DNA of 64,000 nt, taken from the human T2T-CHM13v2.0 reference genome, Homo sapiens. The stretch is from NCBI RefSeq assembly GCF_009914755.1, contig NC_060937.1; one strand, written 5' to 3'. Position numbers and translations under genes: made by a program. The notes under the pieces were generated by a model. It was not told where the DNA came from and did not search any database. It was given only the letters and a program-made list of their open reading frames with translations. Shown in pieces: positions 35,285 to 49,529 of the stretch (positions are counted from its first letter, which is position 1; every line of letters starts with the position of its first letter).

Positions 35285-35600
35285 TCACCTAAGGTGTGGT
35301 CCCCAACCTTTATGGCAGTGGGGACTGGTTTCATGGAAGGCAATTTTTCCATGGACAGGGGTGGGGCAGATGGTTTTGGGATGAAAGTATTCCACATGTT
35401 CCATATGCACAGTTCACAACAGGTTCGGGGCTCCCATGAGAATCTACTGCCGCTGCTGACGTGACAGGAGGCGAGCTCAGGCGGTAATGCTCCCTCACTG
35501 CCCCTCACCTCCTGCTGTGCAGCCTGGTTCCTAACAGGCCAGGGACTGGGGGTTGGGGACCCCTGATTTAAGGAACAGCGTGGGCTCTGGACCCTCAGCT
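35285..35600. repeat. Old interspersed repeat (MER-type; family not determined)
   Basis: Motif ggtccccaacctttatggcagtggggactggtttcatggaaggcaatttttccatggacaggggtggggc...cagcctggttcctaacaggccagggactgggggttggggacccctg is a widespread human repeat. Confidence 0.5.
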
Positions 35601-36307
35601 TCAGTGCCCTCAATTTCTTGCTAAGAGTTATAGCACTGAATTTTACAAATGATTTACTTTAAAAACTTGGATTAGGAGGTATGTTTTAAAAATCTCTGCC
35701 TCTCGCTTGTTCTCAATGTGCTTTCATGAGCGGGAGGGAACGAAGTGGATTTGGGGTTGGTGCAGAAGACACTGCGCCTAAGCCCAGGCGTGGCTGTGGG
35801 AGGACAAGAGCACACAGCACTGAGCGCTGTCCTTCCTGAGCACGTCCCAGCAGAAAAGGTGTTGCGCTCCCTGGAGGGTCTCATTTCACAATGAAGATGT
35901 ATCAAATAAGGAAATGCCCCAAGCTTCAGCGAGTCGGGAAGGACCAAACAGACCTGGATGTCCGGGCTCTATTGCGGCTGGCGTGTTACTGAATTCAGTG
36001 GAATGACTCCGTGTAGAATGCGGCAGGTGCCACATTTTGGTAAAACAGATATCGAGGAAGAGTAACAGAGGCTTGACATTTTTGCTAAATTACATGGTCC
36101 GTTCAAACAACTTATTGCAGCTAACATAAACTTTCAAGTCATCAAGCTAATGGATAATATTTTTCATCTGATATGTTTGGATCTGGAAGTATTAAGATCC
36201 AACGTATTTGCAAATTTAGTATGAAATAATTTATCATCACACTGTATTAAAACCTAAATTAATTTAGAACCAATTTTGAAAATAATTTCAAAAATTTCTA
36301 TAAACAG

Positions 36308-36478
36308 GCCAGGCATGGTGGCTCGCTCCTGTAATCCCAGCTACTTGGGAGTCTGAGGTAGGAGGATCTCTAGAGCCCAGGAGGTCGAGGCTGCGGTGAA
36401 CTATGATGGTGCCACTGCACTCCAGCCTGGGCAACAGAGTAAGACCCTGTCTCAAAAAAAAAAAAAAATCTAAAAACA
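36308..36478 (+). mobile_element. Alu-derived fragment (internally deleted)
   Basis: Sequence ggccaggcatggtggctcgctcctgtaatcccagctacttgggag...gccactgcactccagcctgggcaacagagtaagaccctgtctcaaaaaaa. Confidence 0.7.
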
Positions 36479-37250
36479 ACACATGTGCACTATGAGAAAA
36501 TTAGAAAATACAAGTAGACACAAGTAGACAGACACAAAGAAGAAAATAAAAGCCATACAGAATGTCTTATCTGATCTATGGCCTATATCCCTCCAGACCT
36601 TTTCTGTGAACAAAACACTTAACGTATGTAGCAGAGTGTAGGGGCGTATCTCTTATTTTTGTTAATTTAATTTTTATTGTGGGAAAAATGTATATAACAA
36701 TGTTTGCTATGTTAGTCATTTTTAGAGTTTAGTGGCACGAGGTACATTCACACTGTTGTGCAACCATGACCATCTCCATTTTCAGAGCTGCTTCTGGGTG
36801 TGCCCTTTTGAAGCACATATAAGATAAGTATATATTTTCCAGGGCCCATTTTAACAGTAAGTCTCAAGGACAAACAGTTGATTCTTAATTGTACATCAGA
36901 ATTTTTTTTTCCCCAAAACAATGCACTCCAAGGGCCCCTGTGCAGTCAGAGAGAGGCCACAGGTCACAGCCCCTCAGCTTAGCCCCTCGCTTTCCTTCAA
37001 GCAGCCCTGAGTCCCATTCTTTGGCTGACCTGGAAGTCCGGACCAGTGTGGGAGCCCACGATGTTGCCAACATCTGCCCTGCCTGTGGGTGAGCCTACGG
37101 GGCCACCTGAGCCTGGCTGAATGCACCTCCTACTACTCCTGACTCCCCAAACTCTTTGTGTTTGCTTAAAGTATTATTTTTCTTTCATGGGCAATCCATG
37201 CCCATGGTTCAAAATTCAAAATATACAAAAGGGTGCACTGTAAGAAAGCA

Positions 37251-37563
37251 AGGCTGGGGACAGTGGCCCATGCCTGAAATCCCAGCACTTTGGGAGGCCG
37301 AGGCGGGTGAATCAGGAGTTCGAGACTAGCCTGGCCAACATGGTGAAACCCCATCTCTACTAAAAATACAAAAATTAGCTGAGTGTGGTGGCGCGTACCT
37401 GTAATCTCAGCAACTCAGGAGACTGAGGAACGAGAATTGCTTGAACCCAGGAGGTAGAGGTTGCAGTGAATTGAGATCATGCCACTGCACTCAACCCTGG
37501 GCGACAGAGCGAGACTCTATCTCAAAAAAAAAAAAAATTAAAATTAAAAAAAAAAAAAAAAAA
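37251..37563 (+). mobile_element. Alu
   Basis: Canonical sense Alu with long A-tail. Confidence 0.9.
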
Positions 37564-37719
37564 GAAATCAAGTATCCCTCCAAACCCAAGGCCACTTTTC
37601 AGCTTTCTGCCCCATCTGTTTGGGCAACAGTGCCCGTTTCAGACACCTTTGAGAATTAATAACTACAGCTAATATTTATCAAATATCCAGGAGCTAGACG
37701 TGTTGGAATGGTCTTAGAA

Positions 37720-37875
37720 CTCTTCACAACCACCTGAGGTGGATTTTACTGCTCTCCCCACTAGGGCATTAGGACTGGGGCACTGGGAAGGTCAAGTCCC
37801 AGAGAGTGAAGCGCGGGCTGGGGTTCAGACCTGAGCATTCGGCCACAGCACCTGTGATCTTAACCACTGTGTTTA
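37720..37875 (-). mobile_element. MIR-like fragment
   Basis: Sequence ggttcagacctgagcattcggccacagcacctgtgatcttaaccactg. Confidence 0.45.
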
Positions 37876-38023
37876 CTGACTTTCAATCATCTACCTTTTG
37901 TGATCTTTGCCAACCTGACAGAGTTAAAAAATAAAAAGGAATCTCATGGCAGTTTACATTTTAACTTCTTTTAGAAACAAGGTTGCACATCTTTCGTATA
38001 TTATTTTCTTATTTATGATCAAA

Positions 38024-38295
38024 TCCTCACTCTGTCACTAAGGCTGGAGTGTAGGGGTGCCATTTTGGCTCACTGCAACCTCTGCTTCCTAGGTGCAAGC
38101 ATCCTCCTGCCACAGCCTCTTGAGTAGCTGGGACTACAGGCAAGCACCACCACGCCCAGCTAATTTTTGTATTTTTTTGTAGCGACAGGGTTTCACCATG
38201 TTGCCCAGGCTGGTCTTGAACTTGTGGGCTCAAGTCGTCTGCTGCCTCAGCCTCCCATAGTGCTGGAATTACAAGTATGAGCCACTGTGCCCGCC
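38024..38295 (-). mobile_element. Alu
   Basis: Canonical antisense Alu. Confidence 0.85.
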
Positions 38296-38296
38296 C

Positions 38297-38428
38297 TAAA
38301 AGACTTTTTGTAGAGATGAGGTCTCGCTTTGTTGCCCAGGCTGGTCTCAAACTCCTGGCTGAAGTGATTTTTCCCACCTCAGCTTCCCAAAGTGCTGGGA
38401 TTACAGGCGTGAACCACGGTGCCGGATC
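38297..38428 (-). mobile_element. Alu right-arm fragment
   Basis: Sequence tgtagagatgaggtctcgctttgttgcccaggctggtctcaaactcctggc... Confidence 0.8.
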
Positions 38429-38970
38429 AGATTTTAAATTTTTAAATTCTGGAAATTTTAGTTTTTTAACCTAGAGACCTAAGAGGGTTGTCAGCACTGT
38501 GTTGTTCCTTTGTTTTTGAATTTTTCTTCCAATTTTTATTTAAGCCACATTTTTCCATTTCTATTATGTTTCTGGTTATAAGGGCCACGGTATAAAGCAC
38601 TATAAACTTTAAGAAATATTGGTGGTGAATTTAGATTATTAGATAGCACTTCTATTGATAATTTCATGACAAACCTATTATACTACCTAAATGACTTTAG
38701 CTTCCTGGATGACAATCTATTTGCCCATGATAGAAGCACAGCCAGAGGTGTTCTCTTTTTGTACTATACAGCTCCATTCACACATTGTGAAGTCTCTGTA
38801 ATGCAACATGATGTAATTCAACATTTTATAAATGCATGAATATTTTCCATCATCAGGGATACAACTTCTTCATGTACAGGTAAGAAGGGAGCTATTTTAG
38901 CAAAGGGTTCCCTTCATCTTCATGAAAAAACGAAAGCTCAATATCAACTTATTCGGTAATCAGCATTTAC

Positions 38971-39093
38971 CTGGTTCCTGACGGCTTCTTGGGGCTCCCC
39001 CTGCCAGCTCATGTAGGGCAGGAAGTCTACATCTTCTTTGGCAATAAGTTCAGAAACTTTTGGAATATCAGGAAAAGGCGACTCATTCTCATC
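38971..39093 (-). CDS. PARP4: PARP4 coding exon (123 nt)
   Basis: Acceptor ttcaatatag|GATGAGAAT, donor AGGAACCAG|gtaaatgc. Encodes DENESPFPDIPKVSELIAKEDVDFLPYMSWQGEPQEAVRNQ. Confidence 0.75.
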
Positions 39094-39714
39094 CTATATT
39101 GAATCACAAATAGATTAAATCAAACAGATGTTATCCAATTAAATGATGACTACACATTCTAAAGCCTATGGGGTGTTGGTTTGGGATATGCTGGTGTGTG
39201 GGACTGGAGCTTGTGCTGTGGGCCACAAGCGTGAGGGGAAGTGGGGAGGTGGAGTGGCTTTCCTCTTTACGGAGCACTGGCAGGTGCTGGCCACTGTGCT
39301 GGGCACGTTACGTGAATTTCCCCCTTAAACTTATGAAGGGGAAGGGCTCTCAGGGAACCCAGGCCTTTTCGGCCTTTTCTATTTTTTGAGGGTCTTGGAT
39401 TAATAAAAGACAATAAACGCCAAAACTGTAACAAAATTATAGTATAACCGAAAAGTACACATTAGCCAATTGTTAATAATAACATTAAAAATGATAACAT
39501 ACTCAACTCATTTAGAAAGATCACCCTAAGTCCCAACACCGAAGCCCCCCATGAATGGGAGGCTGGGACTCGTGGGGCCTGCTGACCTGTCTGCAACCCA
39601 CACTTCCCAGGCCCAGGGTGTGGATGTCGTCATTAACCATCAAAGCAAGGGTGACTTTCTTAATGTGGAAATATAAATAAAATAATTTAACCTCGAATTA
39701 CCAATAATACATAC

Positions 39715-39810
39715 CCTTTTCTCAACTGCCACAAAGCTTGTAAATTGTGTTATGAGAGAGTTTTCTTTACTGAGTTTAATAATCAGAGATTTCAAGGTTT
39801 GTTTTTTCAT
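39715..39810 (-). CDS. PARP4: PARP4 coding exon (96 nt)
   Basis: Acceptor ctatcctag|ATGAAAAAA, donor AAAAGG|gtatgtatt. Encodes MKKQTLKSLIIKLSKENSLITQFTSFVAVEKR. Confidence 0.75.
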
Positions 39811-40774
39811 CTAGGATAGAATAAAACATAAATCATGTCCTGTTTTATTTCTATTTCGCTATGTCAGTAAATCATTTTAAGATTCGTATTTCAGACTAAA
39901 TATTGAATTGCAGGTCCCATCTAAATCGGTGGCTCAATATTCCCTTTAAAATGAGATGAACTGACTTAGTCATAGAAAATGTCGCTCTTCATTATTCAGC
40001 TCCCTCTAGTTCAGAGAGCTCTCCCGGGCAGTGGGCTTTCTCATTCTTTCACAGTCTGTGGCTCCCAATTTAAAGCTGAGGAATTGGAAAGATGGAATGA
40101 CTTGTTCAGGATAAAAGGGCCTTAAACAAAACAGCACACAGAGGCTGCCAACCCAGCAGCATCTGAGGAGAATAGGGAGACCACCAGGTGACCATCTGTC
40201 ACTAGAACTGACTGTGAGGGTCTCCAGGGCCTGCTGTCACCTTCTTGTGGGGATGGCATTGAGGACTAACGTTCACAGCCTTGTTGAAGATCTCATCCCT
40301 CAGAGAACAGCTGGGCAGTCCCGGTGGCCTGGCTGAGGGGCCCCTCTGCTGAGGCCCTGGTCTGCACAGCATGGGGGGAGTCAGGTGGGCTTTGGCAGGT
40401 CACTCAGCATTTCGCTCTCAGGCCTCTCATCAGTAAGATGGGAATACTAACGCTACCACACGAGAGATCTGAGGTGACGTCCACTACAGGCACTCAGCGA
40501 GTGTTCTCTGAGCCCTCCTCGGGCTTCTTCTGATAAGTAAAACATTACAGAATTTTCTGGAAACCACTGACATCCATCCTTTTGTTAATTCATTCAACAA
40601 ACATTTACCACACACCCCACATCCCAGGCACAGTGTCACAGATACAGTGATGAATGCCCTGACACCAGTCTCCTTCTCCACGCAGCTGACCTCACTTTCC
40701 ATTTCCACAGATAAAATCAATGTAAGAATGCTCAAGAAGAATGTCTAATCATTTTTACAATGAAAAGAACAAAC

Positions 40775-40855
40775 CTCATGACTGGTTTCATTTTCGTGAA
40801 GAATGCCATCTTCATAATCTCTGATTAGAGCTCGGGCTGCCAGCTTGTGGATCAT
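40775..40855 (-). CDS. PARP4: PARP4 coding exon (81 nt)
   Basis: Acceptor ttaaacacag|ATGATCCAC, donor CATGAG|gtttgttc. Encodes MIHKLAARALIRDYEDGILHENETSHE. Confidence 0.75.
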
Positions 40856-43805
40856 CTGTGTTTAAGCAGCAAAGGAAAAAAAATATTCACATGGCTTCTA
40901 ATATAAGACTTGCAAAGAACATCATTTTAAAAATGGAGGTATAATCTGCATACAGTAAAATGCACTCCTCTTAAATACACAGTTTGATGAGTCTTAAGGG
41001 ATGTATACAGTTGTGTGACTACTGTTGAAGTGAAGACACAGAACATTCTCTTTTCCCTGAAAAGTTCCTGTGTGCCCGTGTAGCTTCCTCAAGCCCTGGC
41101 AGCTCCTCATCTGCTTTCTGTCCCTAGAGTTTTGCTTTTTCTATAAAAGGCCATTTTGCTAATTCATTTTATTTAAAAAATTGAAAACTTCTTTTCTACC
41201 ATGGGAAGAGCCACCTTGGCCCTGGGATGCCCGTCCGTGAACATGGTCTGCACTCTGAAGGGTGAAGACTGCACAATGTGCACCACCAGGTGCTTCCTCT
41301 CCAACAACTGAGAGATGGAACTTCCCTTCATTCCAACTCTTGTAATTTGTCATTGATAAGGCTGCTTCTCACAGAGGAAGTACAACTTGCTGTGACTTTA
41401 TGGAAAACGACCTCTTCCCAGGTAAAATTATTTTACCTTCTTTCCCCCTTAGATCTAATTTTTAAAAATATACTTTTAATTTATTCTCCCTTATCAGTAC
41501 CCACAAAGATCTAATTTTTAAAGCAATATTGAGCTTAAGTTCTATACATAAGTCACTGGCAACTAGTAAGTCAATGATACCGATTTAGTGCTGAAAAGTA
41601 AGCTGTGCACTTTTGAGAAAAAAACCCAGCAATGTCTGGGAAATGATTTATCTGGTTATACTGATACTCCTTTGAATAAAAAAACTACATAAATAGCATA
41701 TATAGGCTAGGAACTTTCAAGGCTAAACTACAGTGGATTCAGTACCAGTGCAAATATTACAAACTTCTTGGTAATAATTTGTGATATTGTGATATGCAAA
41801 AAGCTAAAATAGGCCACCCCAAAAGAGACTTCTTTGGCATATTTTGAGATGCTATTCAGAGGGACAGCAGACATAGGAGTAGCTCTGAAAAGCAGTCCTT
41901 TTGCAGGGAATATTTGCATCTGCAGAGGAATCGTATGTCAGTGAAGGAAACAGCAGATGCAAACAGGCTTTCTCTGAGACCCCCTTATCTGCCTTATCCA
42001 GATTTAGGAAAGATGAACTCCCAGGAAGAGGAGGCTAAAGTCTGATACTTTAAAGGGATGATAGAGAAACCGTTACCAGAGGTGCTTCTATTCTCTCAGG
42101 GCTGCTGCCTGCCAGACTTCATCTGCATCACAAGAAAGCCTTTGCTCACCACGTGTTTCTTCCCCTCACCCTCCCACAACCTGTCCCCACCTCCCCCAGG
42201 AGCCCCACAATCCTACCCGCCTCTGTACGGTATGAAACTTCGCTCATCTGGCCCTTCTTTGAGTCTCACGTGGCTCGTGCACACGTAACGACATCTGCAT
42301 GTCTTTTCCCCTGTTAATCTATCGTTGGATTATTTTATAGACCAAACATGGAAACTTCAGAGGGAAAGTCTGAACTTCCCTACAGACATAAGAAATGTAT
42401 GTATTTGTTATTCCTAACAGGACGCTTCAACCACACCTGAGTTTATGTTAATGAGGTGACTTTTAGAAAGTCCCTAGAATGAGGGCTGGTTGCTGGGGAA
42501 CCAACCATATGATTAGAGGGCTGGGACTTCAACCCCACTCCCCAACCTCCAGGGAGGGGAGAGTTAATCACCAATGGCCAATGATTTAATCAACCAGGCC
42601 TTTGTAATGAAACCTGCATTAAAAACCCCACCTAAAGGGGTTCAGGGAGCTTCTGGGTCAGCACTCATGTGCCAGGAGGATGGTGCACCCCAACTGTATG
42701 TTAGACAGAAGCTCCTGTGCTTGGGACTATTCTGGGCCTTACCCTGTATACCTCTTCATCTGGCTGTTCATTCGTATCCTTTATAATATTCTTTACAATA
42801 AATCAGTAATACTAAGGTAAACTTTTCCTGAGTTCTGTGAGCTGTTACAGCAAATTACTGTAAGAAATTTGAGAAATTTCTGTGAGAAAGGGTTGTGGGA
42901 ACACTGACTTGGAGCTGACCAGAAGTGTGGGTAACCTGGGGACCTGCTACTTGCTACCGGTGTCTGGAGTTGGAATCAGTCTTGTGGGACTGAGCCCTCA
43001 ACTCTGTGAGGTCTGTGCCAACCCCAGGCGGCCAGTGTCAGAATTGAATTAAATTGTAGGACATGCAACTGGTGTCAGAGAATTGGTTGGGAAAAACACA
43101 TATCTGGAAACCAGAAATGGTGTATTTGGGAAACAGGAATTTTTTCTTTCATAATTCATTTGCTTTTAATCAAAAAAGGAAATAAACCCACATCCTCAAT
43201 ATACGATATGATCTACTCTTAGTCCAGTATTATTATAACTAGTATTTCTAAATAGCATCAGTAGGCCAGTGGCATGTACCTTTATTGAGTTATGAACATC
43301 TTTGAGAACCTCTCTAGCAAAATTTCCATGCATAAATGCCATACTTAATTGCAGTTATTGCCACCCACTGATGCCCATATAGACATACCTAGACCAAACT
43401 ACCCCAGATGAAGAAGTGCTGCATTAGAAACTGAAGGAAAGTATACTCATTTGTACATATAGTCCATCTCCATATTGTGTAATGAAATTTCAACACAGGA
43501 AAACAACAAAGTACAGAGAGCAGGGGTATCCAATCTTTTGGCTTCCCTGGGCCACAGTGGAAGAGGAAGAACTGTCTTGTGTGACACATAAAATACACTA
43601 ACACTAACGATAGCCGATGAGCTGAAAACAAAAACTTGAAAAAAAATTTCATAATGTTTTAAGAAAGTTTACGAATTTGTATTGGGCTGCATTCAAAGCT
43701 GCCCTGGGCCGTGGGTTGGACAAGCTTGACATAGAGCATTATACATGGAAATATAAAATCATAACTTTGAAACAATGGGTTGATAGTTTAGGTTTTGAAT
43801 CTTAC

Positions 43806-43886
43806 AGTTCCAGTTGTCTTCTGAAGCTCAGTAGTCGACACCATTGTACAAAATTCTTTCTCTTGAATTAGTGCACACAGAGTTGC
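43806..43886 (-). CDS. PARP4: PARP4 coding exon (81 nt)
   Basis: Acceptor cccatttcag|GCAACTCTG, donor GGAACT|gtaagatt. Encodes ATLCALIQEKEFCTMVSTTELQKTTGT. 3' end anchored to ORF 43788..44006(-). Confidence 0.85.
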
Positions 43887-44137
43887 CTGAAATGGGAAAA
43901 AAAATAAATTCCTCATTAGCCTTTCCACTCTGCAGTGTCTTGGTTTAACAGAAATTCTTTTGGTGATTTTCTCTCCCCTTTCAATAAAAACTAGAAGCCT
44001 CCCCAAAGCCCTGGCTAACCACCAGCTGTGTTCCCAGAAGAAGAAAATCTGCTGGTGAGAAGGGGAGGGAAGAAGACAGAAAAAAAATTAGCAAAATATA
44101 TTGGTCTTCCCATAGAATAACAAACTCTGCGTCTTAC

Positions 44138-44308
44138 TTGTGTGCAGTGAGGAATGAATCCATAGACAAGGAGTCGATCATTGCGAAACAAGGATGGCAC
44201 CTGGGCTGGGGCCTGCAGGGCCTCGGGCGCATCTGGATTGAGTTGCTGCCATTTGACGGAGACAGAGTGGCAACTCGGAGAACATAGCCTGGTCATTTGG
44301 TCTTCTAT
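44138..44308 (-). CDS. PARP4: PARP4 coding exon (171 nt)
   Basis: Acceptor ttttataaatag|ATAGAAGAC, donor ACACAA|gtaagacg. Encodes IEDQMTRLCSPSCHSVSVKWQQLNPDAPEALQAPAQVPSLFRNDRLLVYGFIPHCTQ. Anchored to ORF 44015..44296(-). Confidence 0.85.
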
Positions 44309-44380
44309 CTATTTATAAAAGAGGAATTATTTCTCTTTCAATGCTCCATCCAGAAAATAGTTACTTCACATTTAAAATAA

Positions 44381-44791
<411 letters not shown>

Positions 44792-45046
44792 TAAATAATA
44801 GCATGATCATATCCTTTTCATTTACAAAGCATCCTGAAATTATGCCTTTAGCTAATTACTAATATGCAGCCTTGGTATGAGTAGATTCCAGTACTTGAAT
44901 AGATATTTCTCCAAAGAAGATACACAAAAGCCAGCAAGTGCATGCAAAGATGCTTGATGTCATTAGTCATTAGGGAAGTGCAAATCAGAACCACGGTGAG
45001 ATCCCATTTCACACCCAGTGGGATGGCTGTTATTAAAAAACAAGTG

Positions 45047-45560
<514 letters not shown>

Positions 45561-46233
45561 ATTGATTTCAATCAATAAGGAAAAAAAAAAAAGAATGATG
45601 AGTGTTGGTGAGGATGTGGAAAAACTGGAATCCTGGTGCACTGGTGGTGGGAATGTAAAATGATGCAGCTGCTATGGAAGACAGCATGGCAATTCCCAAA
45701 AAAACTAAACATAAAATGAGCATATGATCCAGCAATCCCACGCTGCACATATATCCAGAATTGAAAGCAGACTCAAACAGACACTTGTATACCAATGCTC
45801 ATAGCAGCATTATTCACAATAGCCAAAGGACAGAAACAACCCAAGTGTCCACCGATAGATGAATGGATAAGCAAAACGTGGTCCATCCATGCAATGGAAT
45901 ATTATTCAGCTTTAAAAAGAAGGGAAATTCTGACACATGCTTCAACATAGATGGACATTAAAAACATCATGCTAAGTGAAATAAGCCAGACATAAAGGGA
46001 CAATGTCCTATGACTCCACTTATATGAGATACTCAGAAAAGGCAAAGTCATAAAGACAGAAAGTAGAGTCATGGTTAGCAGGCGCTGGGTGTAGGAGGGA
46101 ATGTGGAGTTACTGCTTAATGAGTACGTAGTTTCTGTTTGGGCTGATGAAACAGTTTGAAGATGGTGATGGTTGCACAGCATTGTGAATGTAGCTAATAC
46201 CACTAAATTGTACACCTAAAAATGGTTAAAATG

Positions 46234-46535
<302 letters not shown>

Positions 46536-46841
46536 AAAATGCTAAATTTTATCATAATAAGGAAACAATTTCAGCAAAACATATTTAATAATTCACTTTA
46601 AAAAAAATCAGTCCATGATTTTTAAGGCAGAAATCAAACCATAAGCTGGGAGAATGACCTGATGAAGAACACCTGTGTTCCCGCTGGTGCAGTCCTGAGG
46701 CAGGGCTCACACCTGCGGCAGTGCTTGCCTCTTTACGGCTCCCCTCTCATTCAAGGAAACACAGATATTCCTATTTCTTAGTCTCGGAAGAATAAGAGAT
46801 TTCCAAACATAAATATAAAACCAGATGTTTAAAAAACATAC

Positions 46842-46941
46842 CTGTTTTCTCCAACTATGCTTGGATTTTGCATTAAAATATTCAAATACTCCGGCACCAC
46901 ACTGGGACAAAATCCTTAAGACGTGACGATTTGCTGTAGAA
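46842..46941 (-). CDS. PARP4: PARP4 coding exon (100 nt)
   Basis: Acceptor gtgatcag|TTCTACAGC, donor AAACAG|gtatgttt. T completes GG|T Gly, then STANRHVLRILSQCGAGVFEYFNAKSKHSWRKQ. Anchored to ORF 46707..46949(-). Confidence 0.85.
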
Positions 46942-47999
46942 CTGATCACATTTCACATGTTTTAATTTTGAAGACATTAGAAATATTTTTGAAGTACATG
47001 TTAACAGTGTTGAGAAAGCTCACAACTCAATAGGAGAGACATGACGTGGGGAAGAATGTACTCGTGTGTCGCTGAGGTTAAACAGAGAAAGTGATAATAG
47101 AAGGAAACATCTGAAAGTTTGGCTAATTTAAGCTCCCATCTATCAGAGGACTGACTTATCCTTCAAATAGAAAAAAGTTGAAATTCTTGACTTTCAGTTC
47201 CTGAGGGAGGGAGTAGATGACTCTAAAAACAACCCTATAAGGTATCAGAATGCTGACAAAGATATCAACTTAATTTCCATAAATAACAATATTACCTGAA
47301 TCTGATCCCAAAGGCCTAGAGCTGGCAAAGAGTGAATAAAGTCTACCTCTTGAAATCTGATACACATCAACATAGCAAAAGGCATAAAGAAGCAACTCTC
47401 ACTCTAGCAAAGAGCATCTCTGACATTTAAATGACAAGTGCCCTATTACTTTTCTCTCTACAATAATTCTACAACTATCAAGAACTCCTTGCTTAGAGGA
47501 ATTCCTCCTGAAATATTAAAGAAAACATCAATTATTTTTCAGAAAAAGAGCTTATGAAAATAATTTCCAAGATGTTTTTCAACCTATGGATAAAGATGGA
47601 TTTGTCTTTACCCTCCATATTAATTGGTGATGATCATAACATTGACTAGAAGATCCCTAACATGGGTTATTGGTAGTTACAGCTTCTGTCTGTTAGCGAG
47701 GCAGGCTGGAGTCTTCCTGTGCTCCTTCAGGGCGGCTCTCAGAGGACCAGGACTCACGCCAAGGAGGAGGGCTGATGGTCTCTACCCCTGGGAAGCTCAC
47801 TTTACTAGAGTTTGTAATTGCAAACACATGCTTGGAAGATGAGGGAGAAACACTTAGAAAGATCCCAAAAACTCGACAGAAAAGCAGAATGGATACCACC
47901 CCCTCCAGGCATGGGCGGTGCTAACTGGCAGAGTCTCCTCTTGGAGCAGGCTCCCCCACTGCACACCCAGACTCCCCGTCACATGCCTTACATTTTTCA

Positions 48000-48163
48000 A
48001 TTTTTTTTTTATTTTTAAAGATGGGGTCTTGCTCAGTCACTCAAGCTGGAGTGCAACTGCCTGACCATGGCTCACTACAGCCTTGACCTCCTGGGCTGGA
48101 GCGATCCTCCTGCTTTGGCCTCCCAAAGTGCTGGGACCACAGGAGTGAGCCTCTGAGCCTGAC
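48000..48163 (-). mobile_element. Alu partial
   Basis: Poly-T then about 150 bp of antisense Alu. Confidence 0.75.
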
Positions 48164-48584
48164 CTCATCACACTCCCTTGATTTCCTCCCTGGCACATGG
48201 GAAAATCCCATCTCCCAGCCCCAGAGTCGGGGCCCGATGTTCGTCCCAGAATAGGCCCTCACTGAGGAAGGCATGAATAGGTGCCAGTACCTCTGCCCTG
48301 TGGTGTCTGAGCCCTGACCTGGGAGCAGGGGGCAGGGAGGGGCTGCTGAGACCAGGAGACGGTGCACAGGCTGCCCTGAGCGCAGCTGTGAGCTCAGCAG
48401 GTGAAGTCCCATCAGGAACAACTCCTGGTGGAGCTGCTCAGGCTGGATATATTTCTTCATTGGCCTGTGATGCTGGGCTAGGCCTTAGATTACAGAGAAC
48501 AGAGCCAGGAGCTGTGACAGTGGAGGACAAAGAGAAGAAAGCCCTCAAGGCAGGCAGAGCTGGCTTGAGTATAGCAGCTAGGGG

Positions 48585-48660
48585 TGTCGGAGGCCACAGA
48601 GGGACACTGGGGGCCATGGAGGGGCATCGGGGCCACAGAGGGGCATTGGGGGTGCTGGCT
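48585..48660. repeat. Degenerate tandem repeat (unit about 18-21 bp, GGCCACAGAGGGRCAYYGGGG) in GC-rich intronic segment
   Basis: Sequence ggaggccacagagggacactgggggccatggaggggcatcggggccacagaggggcattgggggtgctgg. The ORF 48584..48913 translation repeats EGHWGPW / EGHWGCW. Confidence 0.7.
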
Positions 48661-49249
48661 CCTGGAGCTCAGGGCGAGTCCAGGTCAAGGCTCAGGGGCA
48701 AGGACAGCAAAGAGGCCCCCATTCTGCCCCATGAAGAAGCTGAGGATCTGCTCCATGCACTGCCACCAGATAGCTGGTGACCACTTGCTGAGGTGGTGGC
48801 CACAGGTAGGAGTCCAGGGGCCACAGAGGCAGGCAGGATGGGCAAGTCCTATGCAGACACCAAGTGGCCCCCTCTGTTCGATGTTTTCCTTACACATACA
48901 CCGCATACCTTAGTGCCATCCAAAAGAACTAACTTTTAATGGGGAAGGGGCAATTCCAACAATGTAGGGGTGTTAGCCTCTCATGGAAAGCTTCTATGCA
49001 CACCACAGGGTTTGAAAATGCAAGTGCTCATAATGGCCAGAAAAGAGATGCGAAGGAGCAAAGCAGCCTGGCGGGGTCTGCCTGGAGGTCACATGCCCCC
49101 AGCACGAGTCCAGCACAGCCAGTGAGGAGGTTTACCCAGGCCCTTCGGGACAAGCGGAGATTTGGATTCTTATGCTAAATAATAACATCTAACTGATTTG
49201 GTGCTTTTGGTTCAGTTCTGTTCTGAGTGCTTTCTATGTATGAGCTCAT

Positions 49250-49425
49250 TTATTCCTCAGCAATCCTAGGAGGTAGGTATTTTCATTATCACCTTGGTTT
49301 TACAGATGAGAGGTTAAGGAACTTGCTCAAGGTCACGGCTAAGCTAATGAGTGGCCAACCCAGGTTCTGAGACTCAGGCAGTCTGGCTGGGAGCCCGGAG
49401 CCCCATCCCTCTATGCTGTAAGGCT
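49250..49425 (-). mobile_element. MIR fragment
   Basis: Sequence acagatgagaggttaaggaacttgctcaaggtcacggctaagctaatgagtggccaacccagg. Confidence 0.7.
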
Positions 49426-49529
49426 TCTGTATTCTAGTGTCAACTTCCAAGCTTGCCAAAGTCCCCTGCAGGGCAACAAGACGACCTCCCCGTGGGTCTG
49501 GACTATGTGACCAGCTCTCTGAGACTCAC

